Assembly: GCA_904063045.1 (NCBI GenBank)
Contig: CAJFCJ010000023.1
Location: 434,001-498,000, forward strand
Direction: 5' to 3'
DNA: 64,000 nt
Origin: Dimorphilus gyrociliatus
Lineage: Eukaryota; Animalia; Annelida
Position numbers and translations under genes: made by a program. The notes below the pieces were generated by a model, which was not told the DNA's origin, did no database searches, and was given only the letters and a program-made list of their open reading frames with translations. Below are positions 39,242-51,846 of the stretch, one piece after another; within the stretch, counting starts at the first letter, position 1; each line of letters starts with the position of its first letter.

Positions 39242-40052
39242 GTAAGTACAAATAGTCAATGTTTGTACGAACACTTTAGTTGTGAAAAACAGGAGAATCT
39301 GCAGCAAAATTTGTTTTCTTATCAAAATCGTTTTTTTCGTAATGTTATTTGTTCTTGAAAAAGCATCAAAAACAAAAATTTTCTCATCAAAATCTGCTTG
39401 CCTTCTAACTCTAAAACTCTATCTTATTTTCTTTTCTGCCCGAAAAAAATACTCTTACCTGACTGATAATAGGAATAAAAAGCCCACCTCACCAGAAGAA
39501 TTCTGACAATAGAAAGAACAAATAAAATAAAAAAAAAAAAACGAAAGATTGAGAGATTGAGGGAAAGGAAAAGAAAATAGATAAATAGGCAGATATAGCG
39601 ATAGTGAGATAGTTAGGAAGAGAGACGGAGGGAGGGAAGGGAAATAGTCTGAGAGAGAGAGAGAGAGTGAAAGATCCATCTTGCACTAAAACACATACGA
39701 CCGAGAGCTGTTCTTAATGGAATATCAAATATACCATATGGTTATTCTACATCCCCTATGGTAATGAGTTCTACTCCCGATACTATTCTCTTTCGATATA
39801 GATTGACGGTTGGTTAAACATTCCTAAACTAAAGAATAATGTGAAAAGCCAGCGGCGTTCGTAGATCGTCTCCTAAGCGTATAAACTCGCCTTCTAAAGT
39901 CTAAAAATTTGCATTAAATAACTAATTTATTGATTTTCTGTACGAGAAACGAATTAAAGCGCCGCTCAATTATTTTTTTTCAGATATTTTTCGTCCATTT
40001 TTATGATAGACTAAAAAATGTGTACATCATCTCTTTCTATCTCTCCTTACAG

Positions 40053-40283
40053 AAAGGATCACCAATAGAGGCAGAAATCAACGATATCCGAACACTGCAA
40101 GAGGGAAACCGTTATTCTCGGACGTCATTGAATGCCGTTGTCGTGGCGACGCCCAGTTCTATAACTGCGCCATCTGGTGAACATCCTGTCGGAACAACTA
40201 CCGTAACCACTGCAATAGTTTCCAGGACTTCTGGAAATTCATCTCCAGCCTCTGCAACAAGTGCTAAAATTTCAGCACTATGA
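40053..40283 (+). CDS. Shal: Shal/Kv4 exon 6 (last)
   Basis: ctctccttacag|KGSPIE...SRTSLNA...AKISAL-TGA. SxSLNA and terminal ISAL resemble the Kv4 xSAL PDZ-type end. Total CDS 1839 nt = 612 aa. Confidence 0.88.
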   Translation, partial: KGSPIEAEINDIRTLQEGNRYSRTSLNAVVVATPSSITAPSGEHPVGTTTVTTAIVSRTSGNSSPASATSAKISAL

Positions 40284-42743
40284 TTGTTTTTTTTCACTAC
40301 GAAAATCTAGCTCAACAAAAAATTTACATTTTACGACTGTTGCCAAATATTTGTTTGTTTGTTTGTTTGTTTGTTTACCTTTTTCAGTTCCATCCGTCGC
40401 TCATGTTGGTGCTGACGAGTTGGTCAATCGTTCATTTATTCGTTCATTCATCTACTTTTATTTTCTCCCTTTTACTTTCATCTTTCCTTTCTCGGTTTCA
40501 GTTAACGCCTATCTCTATCTATTCTCTCGCGTCTTTTCATTCTACTTTTCCTCCTAGTTCTATCTATATCTTTCTCTGTCTGTCTATTTGTATGTCTCTC
40601 CCCCTTCCTCTCTCTCTCTCTCTCTCTCTTTCTCTTTATACATGGATGTCATATTCATGTACTTTGTATATATTTATCTCTGACCATTTCTCTATATCTA
40701 CTAAATTTATCTTTACTAAGAATTCCTTCACTCTTTCAATCCATAACATTCAACGAACAATATTTAAAAAATTTTTCTCATGTAAATGATCTCTTCTAAT
40801 TATCGGATCAAATTTATGTTTATCCTATCATCCCTTTTAATTCTACCTGAACTAATATCTGTTTTACATTCATTCTCTCTTGTTCATCAAGGCAAGCAAA
40901 TGGTATCATACTATAAATCTTCACTCCGTCAACCCTCTTTTCCTCACCTTACATCCTTTTCTTTATAATCTTTTTATGTCACCTTTTTCTTATCTACTAC
41001 TTATCCTTCTTGTATTATTTGATTTAAATCTGTTATTTCTTTGATCCCAAAAAAGAAGTGTATATATCTACATATTGTATCTCTTAAGACTTATACATAT
41101 TAGGAACATTGCAAAGAAAAAGTCATTCGAAACTCCTCACTCTAATTCATTTTACTTTTGATTATCAATATAAGCAAATTATAAATGTATAAATGTTGAA
41201 ATAGATTGAAAAACCAAATTAATACGAAATATTTAAGTAAAAATAAAACAAATGGAAAATAAAGTCGGCGTATACAATATACTGTATACATATACGGTAT
41301 ATATATATTAATATATACTATATATATATGTGTGCACGTTCATCTATCTTTAATGTGCTATTTCTCAACACTTTCTTCTTAGTTTTTCACAAAGAAAAGA
41401 GAAGGTTGTCTAGTTTTATTGAGACTTAAAAAAGTAGTTAAATTAGATTATGAACTATTTTTTTTTTACAGAGATTAAGTTCTATCACCAATTTCGTTTC
41501 CTATTCCATTACTTTTACTGACAAAAATAGATTTAGCTTTTATTTCATTTCCTTTTCGCTTACTTTTTTTTCTAACTTTGATTATATTATAGGCTTTCAA
41601 ATATGTTTTCCATAAATTTTCAATAATCAGTAAGAAGACAAACGTTCCTCCCTGCTCATTCAATAATAGTATACCAGAGAGACACGATATTTTCAACAGG
41701 ATTGCCAATACAAGAAATACAATGAACAAAAAATATTACTTGAAGATTTACTCCGCAATCTCCTATTTCTCTTTCTCAAACGGTGGTACGGGTCAACCTG
41801 AATGTAGTGTGGGAATTGGTTAAAGCAGAAGAATTGGATTAGTTCGATATCTAAAGAAAAGCGGAGAGAAGAATACAAATAAAGATTGTTAATAAGAAGT
41901 GTTGAAATGAAACATTGGGTGAGAATATATGATAAAGCTATCTGTTTGGTTTTTAATTGTTTGATATATTTGTTTTTATTAAAAAGAAGAGAAAGAAATA
42001 AAAAGAACGCAGGTTTTTTCATGTACAAGCACAAATTTTTTATAGTCTTTTTTTTTAATGCTTGCTCTATTTCTTTTTTATCTGCTGAAAGTTTAAGAAT
42101 AAATTGAAAAATATAAGCATTTTATAAGATTTTATGCAATTGTTTACTTTGCAATATATTATAAAATATAGACAGAGAAATTGCACTTGAAGTGGCGCGT
42201 TGTATAAATATATCTGTCTATTAAGGTGGAGAAAGCAGAGGCGTTTTCCCCTTCAAAAAAGAAAATAATGACCTTTTCAACGGGGAAATTAATAATTTGA
42301 AATAGTCAAATTATTCTTTTTCTCTCCAAAACAATAGCTAGTTGGTTAAACGCTGGGTTGAAGTTATCATGTAAATTGGCTTTCGATGAATGAGGAAATC
42401 CCTAGATTAGTAAATGACATTCATGTAAAACAAGGCCACCTACCGTAACAACGTGTTAAGTGATAGTATATCAAACTTAATCCTTTTATATATTAAAAGT
42501 AACTCTATAGCCGATATGAAAGATTACCACTCACTGTCGCCACTTAATTTTAGGCCTAAACGTTACTTAAACAAATAAGGTAGCCCTTACGAAAACAACG
42601 CCGACCCCCTTACGTCAATCTGTCATAAAGTAGAGAAAATATCGACAAACGCTCAATCGGTGGCAAACGCTGACGAAATCAATTCGAACAGAAGTGTCCA
42701 CCTATCGATTTTCAACAAATTTTTTGCTCAAACCAACATATTA

Positions 42744-42911
42744 ATGGCGGCCAAGAAACCGTTGAGAAAGTTAAATTTTGATTCCCAATCAAAGTTATTC
42801 TTCTTTGAGACTAATGAGGAATGCCTAAAAAGAAGTTGCGAAAGGAGGAGAGAGGCAGTCGAAGCTCTAAATCGAAGCGAAAAAGTTTATTTGGATAGGA
42901 GACAGAAACAG
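42744..42911 (+). CDS. Uncharacterised basic coiled-coil protein exon 1
   Basis: ATG GCG in good context; MAAKKPLRKLNFDSQ...RRQKQ|GTTAGG, phase 0. Confidence 0.8.
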
Positions 42912-43281
42912 GTTAGGAATCTCAACATTTACACGTCTATTAAAATGTATGTTAACATTTATAATGTTGCATTTAATGTCAATTATTTGACAGACTGTAT
43001 ATATAAAAAATATTATCTAAACAAAAAGCCATGTTTCTATATTTAATTATTTTAATATAAACAAGAAAATAATGGAGAAATGAAGCGTCGTTTAGAATGA
43101 GATATAATTTAGAAATTTTAACGGTAAAAATCGAATTTTAACGACATAATACAACGTTATTTTCAATAGAATCAAATCGATTAGGACGGAGAACCAGCAT
43201 AGATTCTATTTAAATAATATCTCTTTTTTTTCTCTCTCTCTCTCTCTCTCTCTCTATCATTTACTTCTCTTTTTGACTTAG

Positions 43282-43596
43282 GTTGATAGTGCGGAGAAAT
43301 TATTAGAAAACAAATTTAGTAAGGAAACTGGACAATTAAAAGAAGCTATGAGAGAAAGGGTCGCTTATAAAAGGGTTAGGGAAAGATTGAAGGAGGAGAA
43401 CTCCGTCATTACTAAACCAGAAAAATATTTAACAAGATTTCAATTAAGTGCTGATATTGAAGAAGAATTAAAGCAAATGACTCCAGTACAAGCTAGAAAG
43501 AGAAAAGCAGAATATCTTCTTAAGAAGAGAATACAAATGCCGGTTTTGGATAGAACCGTTTCGGCAAAGAAGATTTCTCAATTCTGGAAGAAATAA
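43282..43596 (+). CDS. Uncharacterised basic coiled-coil protein exon 2
   Basis: ttctctttttgacttag|VDSAEKLLENKF...KISQFWKK-TAA. In frame with exon 1; total 160 aa. Confidence 0.82.
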   Translation, partial: VDSAEKLLENKFSKETGQLKEAMRERVAYKRVRERLKEENSVITKPEKYLTRFQLSADIEEELKQMTPVQARKRKAEYLLKKRIQMPVLDRTVSAKKISQFWKK

Positions 43597-46248
43597 AGGG
43601 AAAATGAGAGAAAAATTAGAGTTTATTATTTCAAATTTGTTTTTATTACACAGGCTGTTCTTGATAAACCAAAATCATTTATGTCCTTGTCAAAAACATC
43701 TTAATACCTTTTTGTACAACTGTTTAGATGTACATTATATCTTTGGACATTTGGACAAAAAAACTACAATATATGTATATGTACCAAAGGCAGCAATAGA
43801 TGAGCGTTGTATTTAATGTCAGCGAATATTAATATACTAATATATATGCATATATATATGCTGTCTGTCTGAAAATATTGTCACCATTTTCTATTTATTC
43901 TTATTTCATTCAACAAAGAAAGTGGATATATACACTAATTACAAAATAATCTTACGGCTGTAGTATACACATGAAATGGCAGATCCCTGATTGGTAGTGA
44001 TTTTCAACATATACAAATTTCGAATGAGCGTTCAAAGAGAAAAAAAAATCAAATAAAAAATTATGGATATATTTACTCTTAGAAGATGTTGTAATGACAG
44101 TTAATTCCCTTTAAACTGTAGAAATATATTAGGAAAAATCTTAATCAAATGTCAATTCATTGTATTTTCTCTTCTCTTGTAGTTAAAAGCAGAAAATAAT
44201 TTTTCAACAGGATTGACGGATATTGATTCGGAGAGTTTCTTTTCTATCTTGTTTTAAATGAAAAAAGCTAAAAGTTTTTTCTTTATTTAATAATTAAACA
44301 GTGAACGTTTAGATTATAATAACAATTATTTAAAAAGGCAAGATATAGTTCTCTGTTTAAAACAGCATCTCAAACGTTTTATACATTATTTGATGGGCTT
44401 TTTAAGAGAAAAGAGGCTCATTGACTCTGTATGGCATAGCACTTGGTAATCAGGCCACCGCAAGTTCGTTTGTTGTTAACAAGTCGTTGTAGTTTGAAAT
44501 TATTGTTAAAAGAAAATGGAGTATCATATACTACATTGAATATATTTAATTAATATTGTACGTAACACAACTGAACTAAAACAGGAGCAGCGTAGAGTGC
44601 ATTCATTTAATGATATTAAATGATACTATGTATTTATAAAGGATTCAACTGTCGGTTCTTGCCTGATTGTGGAAACAGATTGTTAATTACATGATGTTAG
44701 AAATGAGAATACTGCATTTAGTTTGCAAGTGAAACAGGAGCATATTCATACAATATGGGCTAAAAATTAAGATACATAGAAAAGCTGAATTTATGTTTCA
44801 TAGTGAAGGAATTCAAGATGAAAAAAGGCACTTGATAAAATGTAAGTTCAGACATGCGTAAAAGAGTTATTATCATTTAGACAGTGCTAGTTGGTTAGAA
44901 TAAGCATAGCCTTTTACTCAAAAGCTATTGTCAATAGATTTTTATGATATAGAAAGAACAAAAACATGAGTAAAGTATTAAAAGATGAGGTAGCTTGTCA
45001 TAGATTTACAAACTTTACAAACCCAATTTTACTTGCTTTAACTTTCTTCTTTTATATAAAATGTTCTGTATAGAGATACATAAGTAGCGGAATATAAACT
45101 ACTTATGTATTAAATATTGAGAAGATGCAATTTGTTGCGGTAAAGACAAGATGCAGGATATTAGTTATGCACCGTGAATTACATTCTTCCACCGCAATAG
45201 AACAAATGACAGGAAAAGAAACATTTATTTTTAAAGATTATAATCAAGACAACTCCATTCTCTGAGAAGGCTTAGTATTGTTAATATCATAATAAATTAA
45301 CATATAATTACAAAAAAAAAGACTTAGCAGATCGTTATGCTAGAATAATTCTCTGATATAGTTGTTTTTAAAATGACAGTATACTAGGGTATAGACGTAC
45401 TGTAGATACACCACAGAGTATGCAGTACTAGTACAGAGGTCTGTCACCTTGTTTTTTTTCTGAATCTTTCTTTTGATGGTATACTTTATTCTTTTTCTCT
45501 GTGTAAAGCACTTGAACAAGAATTATAGTGAGATTGTTATTACTTTATGAAATTACTTAGAATTTAAATAGATAAAAATTAGATAATTAAAGTTAATAAA
45601 GCTTTAATGTATTTTAATTATTTGTACGTAAGTAGTTTTAAAAAGTCAATTAATTGTCAAAATAGAAAATTGTAATGACCTCTAGCTGTTGAGAGATAGA
45701 AATGACAACTAGACATGTTAGATGGATAGAGAGAATGGGAAAGAGAAAGAAACAATAGCAAGAAAAGAATTGTGTTTCCGAGACAAAAGGCTAAAACTTA
45801 AAGTAGAGAAATAAAAGTCTTATATCTTGTTGAATGAATAGAAAACTTTTAAGCTTTTGCTCGCAGAAATTCGTGATATGAGCAAAAGGAATTAATATTG
45901 GTTTATTAAAAGTTTATCTTTTAATTTTTTCTCCAGCCGACTTTAAAAAAGAAAAATGAAAGGTTGAAAGCTTTTTCGGAGACAATTGAACAAAGTTTCT
46001 CTTCTATAATTAAATTTCTGTCAAGTTGTTCTCGACTTAGCATTGAAAGCAGTATCCCTCTAGTGGCAAATAAATACTTCTATATATATATATATATATA
46101 CACATAAATATAGTTGCAGACGTACATACTAAAGGTTAAAAGGAATAGCGAAAAGACAAGCAGGAAAAGTTAACAGAAAATATATTTATCAAAGTAAACT
46201 TGGCTTATCAACTTAAATAAGTTGTTAATATTATTGCAAGTACTGAAG

Positions 46249-46428
46249 ATGATGGGTGAACACATTGGGCTTACTCCAAGCGTTCTAGTCTACGCCATAC
46301 TCTTGATTATATCAACACTTGTTGGTAATTTGGGAAATTGTTGCGTTCTTGGAGCAGTTTTTTGTGATAAACGGCTCAGAACGGAAAGTAATGTATTCAT
46401 CGTTAATTTGGCAATAGCCGACTTATGT
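46249..46428 (+). CDS. Melatonin-receptor-like class A GPCR exon 1 (TM1-TM2)
   Basis: GNLGN (TM1 GN), FIVNLAIADLC (TM2 LAxAD), donor |GTAAGT phase 0. The true start may lie in an upstream exon. Confidence 0.88.
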
Positions 46429-46711
46429 GTAAGTTTTTTTTGTATATCATATAAGTAAATTATCCTTTTTTTATGTGGCATCCTTGTTTATGTCGGCGTA
46501 CTAGTTTACTTACTGATAATTTACAATTAGAGCTTTGGTCATTAACATTGTTAAAGCGCAATAACTGCGTCTTCTTTTGAGTAAATCATTAAAATTAAAG
46601 GAAAAAACAAAATTAAGATGGTAAGAGAAATTATTAATAATACTCAATTATAGAAAGTAATTATCATTTTGTATGCTGCAAAAAAGGATTTTATTGTTTT
46701 TCTCTTTTTAG

Positions 46712-47238
46712 GTCACTTGCTTTGTCGATCCAATGAGCGTAGCGGGAGTTTTTCTTAAAGACAGCTACTTTTTAGAAAGGCCAATACTTTGTCACGCTAT
46801 TGGTAGTATATGTCTAATAAGTTGCGTCTGTTCACTTTGGAGTATTGGAGCGATAAGCTTAAACAGATACGTTAGAATCTGTAAATCAAATAACTACAAC
46901 AAACTTTTCAGCTGGCGTCTTACTTACTTTTACACATTTTGTATATGGTTCTTTGCTCTGATGCTTGATGTACCAAACTTTGCAGATTGGGGAGATCACA
47001 CTTACGATATGAAGACTCTGGCTTGCTCTTACGATAGATTGGCTTCGTACTCTTATACCGTATTTTTTATTATGATGTTTGTTTCACTTCCTCTATTGAC
47101 AGTCTTATTTTGCAACATAAATATATTTTTAATCGTATTGAAGAGTAAAAGAAGAGTAAGGCTAAGAGATCCTAATATTAAGGAAGGGAAAACAATGACC
47201 AGTTATTTTACAGACAACAGTCAAACCCAAACATCAAA
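46712..47238 (+). CDS. Melatonin-receptor-like GPCR exon 2 (TM3-TM5)
   Basis: tctctttttag|VTCFVDPM...LCHAIG...AISLNRYVRICK (NRY in place of DRY), ECL2 WGDHTYDMKTLACSYDR; ends AA|GTAAGT, phase 2. Confidence 0.92.
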
Positions 47239-47720
47239 GTAAGTTCTCTATCAGTAAAGATAATTTGCTCTTTAGATATGTTAATTTCAAGCAAAAACCA
47301 GCTAAGAAAAGTAGATCTAGTGTTTATAGTAGTCTATACTTTTGTCAAGAATATTAGTTGAATAAATAAAGCTATAACTAATAGGAAAGACTTTTACAAA
47401 AAGAGAGTAAGAGAATGAAATATATCTTATATAAATACATATAAAACGAAATAAATTCTATTTATACTACGGTACATATAGTATTTTAAGAATACAAGTT
47501 AAGGGTAACTGTAAATGAGTATAAAACAAAGTATTATAGACAATATTTAACTATATATAGGATTTATATATATATATATATATAGATGAAACACATATAT
47601 TATTTACCTTCTAATAAATAAAAGTATACTTATACTTTAATACAATTAGCTAGGTTTTTCTATATTGTATAACTTATTGCTTCTGTTTAAATGAAACGTT
47701 TTCATTTTTGTACTGAACAG

Positions 47721-48078
47721 TTCTGAACTGGAAAAACTACAAAGGAAAAAAGCTCAAAGGGCATTTAAAAACGACATTAAACTGGCAAGAACTCTACTTA
47801 TCGTTTTCATTGTATTCTGTTTTAGTTGGGCTCCCTACGCCCTAATTTGTCTTATAGACCGTTACGATAAGGCCCCTCATGCCGCTTACTACTATTCGGT
47901 CTTGTTTGCTCATGCGTCAAGCTCCACAAACTCCATATTATACGCTGTAACGAATAAGTTATTCCGAAACGGTTACATGCTCTTCCTGCAAAACCTTCGG
48001 CAGATGCTAAAACTGTCAAAGAATCGTGTAGCGATTGTAAATAATATTTCGGAGTCGGTTACACAAAAGGGTAGCTGA
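47721..48078 (+). CDS. Melatonin-receptor-like GPCR exon 3 (TM6-TM7, helix 8), not in ORF track
   Basis: tactgaacag|T TCT GAA...KLARTLLIVFIVFCFSWAPY (CWxP), FAHASSSTNSILY, NKLFRNGY, ends QKGS-TGA. Total 1065 nt = 354 aa. Confidence 0.92.
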
Positions 48079-51000
48079 TTGAAGGAGGAAACGTGGGAAA
48101 GAGAAGACATCAATTGAATTAAACGCCGGTATTAATTTTGTGTTTTTTACTTAAAAAAAACAAAAAAATAAAAATGTATCAATCTTATTCCCTCTTTTAT
48201 ATTATCTTATCCTATTTATTTCTTTTATACGTTTCTCAAATACGAATTAGTTTAAGCTCTTTACTATATCGATATAGATTAAGAAACCTCTTATTTCAAA
48301 CTCTTAAAGCATCCTTTCAATTTGGGTTTTTTTAAACTTTTTCTATTCGGAAAGCGAAATATTTTAAAGTAAACGATTAGCCAAATAGAGGATTCATTTG
48401 TTTAATTTACAAAATATAATAACTAACGAATGAATGAGCCTTGAGCGAAAAGCAAATTTACCCTATAATAATATATACACTACCTTAAAACTTGATATTA
48501 ATAATATCGATAATGCCAGCAGAAATTTAATTTATAAATTAGTCTTTACATGATTACAGAATTAAATAAATAGATTAATTGATAAATATGTAAAAACAGA
48601 TAGGTTTCTCAGCATCAAGCTTAGATTGAGCGAGAGAATCGGATGGAATCAAAGGAAATAGAGAAGCATAAACAGTAAATTGAATAGAGACAAAAGAAGA
48701 GAGCTATATCATCACTAATATCCAAGTTAAAAAAAAAGAAAAGCTTCCTATAATTGAAATATCATCTCACCACCTATCCTTTGAAATTAATAACAATCTA
48801 AAAATAATATTAACAAGAATGAAGATTAAGCGACGATGTTAGACATACTGTATATAGTATATACACAGTGTACATTTATATATAAAATACTAATAATATA
48901 TATACATATATAGTATATTTATTTATTTTTCAATATGCTTAAAGCTGTTAAGCTTATAAGTAGAAGAAAATTCAATAAAATGATTCTTGAAATCAATATC
49001 AATAAAAATTATTCTCTCTTTTCTTCTAAAAAAGTAGACGATAAAGTTTAATTAAATTAATTACAAGTATTATTTTTATATTCACTTTAACTATCTTATT
49101 ATATAATTAAAGATTCTGGATGTAGAGGGATACAAGATTTATATGTACTGTATACAGTATATCGGTTATACGACAGATGGCGTATTAGAAAATGATATGA
49201 GAAGGAAAGACAGGTAAAACGACATGTGAAAAAAAACCTCATGGTAACGAATAAATCAGTCAAGTAGAAATTGTTGAAAAGAAACCCATTTAAAAATTTA
49301 TTATTAAGAACCAACTGTAATAGAACGAGATTTACCTATCCGAAAGTATAATCTAACATAGGAGAATACTTGAATTAATAAATAGCATTACATACACATA
49401 TATTCTGTATATACTGTGTCTAGAAGAAAGAGAGAGAGAGAGAGAGAGAGAGGAAGAGAGAGTAATTACATAATTTATTTTAATACGTATGTACGGTAAC
49501 AAAGTTTTTTTTGTAAATGAATAAATTGTTTTCATATACAAACACTGTTAATTGGCAATTTACGAGATATTACAAACTTAGCTTATGTAGGATTTACTCA
49601 TACGACTTTTTCCTTTCAATAATTTGTAAAAGGATATGAAATAATTAGACAAGATAAATAGAATTGCGTTGATTGGAAGATGATGAATATTATTTATTAA
49701 ATGTGTCGATGAATATTCAATTAGGAAAGAATATATGCAAATTAATAAATGAGTTTGAAAGATTAGCAAATAGGAATTGGTAAGTCTATCAGCTTCAAGA
49801 TGAAGAGTCAATTAGATGTAGAAATGCCAATTACTTATTTCAAGAGTTAAAATAAATATGGAAGACAGATACGACTGTTAAATTGACCGAGTGAGTTTAT
49901 TCTTATCAATTACATTTCTCTTAATAAACCCAAATGCTAATTTCTTTGGCGAATTGCTTTAGGATATTTTCTCCTTTCTTAAAATTCAATGTAAGCAAAA
50001 TAAATAAAGACAAAGAATAATCCTTTTCTTTCCTTTTCTTTCTTTTCCACATCCTTTCCCCCTTAGTTTCTCTGCGTGTTTTTCTTTCTTTCTTACTCTC
50101 TTTCTTTCCGTCTTCTCTCTGTTCTCCTCCATGTTTTATTTATGCACTTATCTAACCAACCAACTTATCAGCTGTCTCGATCTTTCTTTAAACTTTACTT
50201 TTATTCTTCATTACTTGTATCTACAGAGACAATAAGGAAGTCTAGCATTGTAGAATTCTTTTTAAAAGCTATTTCACTCTTTAAACTGTCTCAGTTGTTT
50301 TTACCGCCATCCTATTTCTTTTCTCTTGCGATTATACCACTTTTTAATTAGTAACGTAAGGGTTTAGAAGGCAATTCGGCTTAGTTTTCTTTTTCAATTA
50401 TTCTCGTTAAAGGATTTTTCCTTTTAAAATTAATACTCTATTTGTTTCTTTTTCTTCCAATGAAAAAGAACAGATTTCTCTTAATGAGATAGATTCAAAA
50501 TCGAAGACTAGAAAGAAGAAAATTGTGAAGGAAGGGCGAAATACGAAAGATAATAAGCATAACCGAAATTCTTACATATTGCTATAGAATTTCTGTTCTC
50601 TAAATAAATTTTATTTTTCTTTTCAAGATCAAAAACTAGTTGTTTTTCTTTTAAATGCTTTTTCTTTCTATCCAAGGCTCTTTCATTCATTTTTCTCTCT
50701 GAATATAAATTCTACTCTTCTCTCAAAACCAGCTGCAAAAACAGTTTAATTAAATAAAAACCTGATCAACGTCTTCTTCAACTTTTGTGTTTTTATCCGT
50801 CTCCTACCTCTATCCGAAAATCCCTTATTCCCCTTTCCCCTTTCTCTTTCTTAGTTTTATTCGGCAAACTATCTACTCTTGTTTTTCAGAAGAATCATCG
50901 GAAAACACGAAAGTAACTATCAAAGAAGATTTAATAGGAAAGTACGAAGCAAAGGAATTAAAATTAAAACAAAAGAAATAAAAAAGTATAATCTTCCAAC

Positions 51001-51361
51001 AAAAAATTCATCAAGATTAATTGGTTCTTTTCCAGTTGGAAGATTACTACTAGCTTTCCTCTATCTCGATCATGATCCTGATTTTATTTGACAGTCTTTC
51101 TATTCGAAAGGTAATTAGAATAAGTGATTTATAAAATTCAAGGTATTTTCTTTCAATGAACGTTGTAATAAATATTTTTTTCTTTTCTTTTTCAGATTAT
51201 TTTTATCTTAAATTAAAGAAAATCTAAGTTACTTTAGTCAACTTTTTTACCAAAAAAAATTATTACATTTCGGTTACAACAATGATTATCTTGAGATTCA
51301 CGTGAGCACATTTATTGGGGAATTAATAAGCCAAAAAGGGTACATTATTCTATAGTTGATA

Positions 51362-51481
51362 TTATCCTCCGTAACGAGGTCTACCAATTGCTTTCATGTA
51401 TGCTCTAACCTTGGTCAGAAAATCTTCAATGTCATTGGGACTCGAAAAACTTGATGGCCTCTGCGGTGCTCTCTGTTCAAC
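51362..51481 (-). CDS. NPY: NPY/NPF precursor exon 2 (mature peptide), not in ORF track
   Basis: tttcttaaag|VEQRAPQRPSSFSSPNDIEDFLTKVRAYMKAIGRPRYGG-TAA. P-x-R-P-x-x-F-x-S-P N-terminus, aromatic residues at -17 and -10, GRPRY end. AATAAA at 51316-51311. Confidence 0.93.
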   Translation of the reverse strand, partial: VEQRAPQRPSSFSSPNDIEDFLTKVRAYMKAIGRPRYGG

Positions 51482-51846
51482 CTTTAAGAAATATTAATAT
51501 TTAAATTTCTTTAAGAGTTATACGCTGTTCAATAGTTCTTTAATAATTAGTTTACGCTTTCCTACTCCTCCTCCCTATTCCCTACGAAACTGAGATATCC
51601 TTAATTTTCCCCTTCCGCCCCTTTAAAGGGCACTGTCAAGCTAAAACAGATTGCCCATCTTAGGAGATTTCAGGTAATTTTTAAATATCAACAGGTAAAA
51701 AGTTATTGAGGGTAGAAACAAAAATGTAAGAGAGAGGGAAAGAAAGAAAGAAGAAGAAGAAAAAAAGAGAAAATTGTCTACTTATACATAAAAGATTAAA
51801 AAAGAAAGTAATTAAAGCTGATTTTATAATAAAATTAATATTTTAC

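Noticed and set aside
41580-41640. IIENLW (minus strand) as a Tc1 transposase SPDLNPIENLW motif
   Set aside because: No SPDLNP, no DDE context and no inverted repeats nearby.
47880-47945. GPCR as an opsin
   Set aside because: The TM7 position of the retinal-binding Lys is His, and the receptor has NRY and NSILY motifs.
50890-50981. Plus-strand terminal-exon-like block EESSENTKVTIKEDLIGKYEAKELKLKQKK
   Set aside because: The acceptor is good, but there is no partner exon and the A-rich sequence gives open frames easily. It lies downstream of NPY on the opposite strand.
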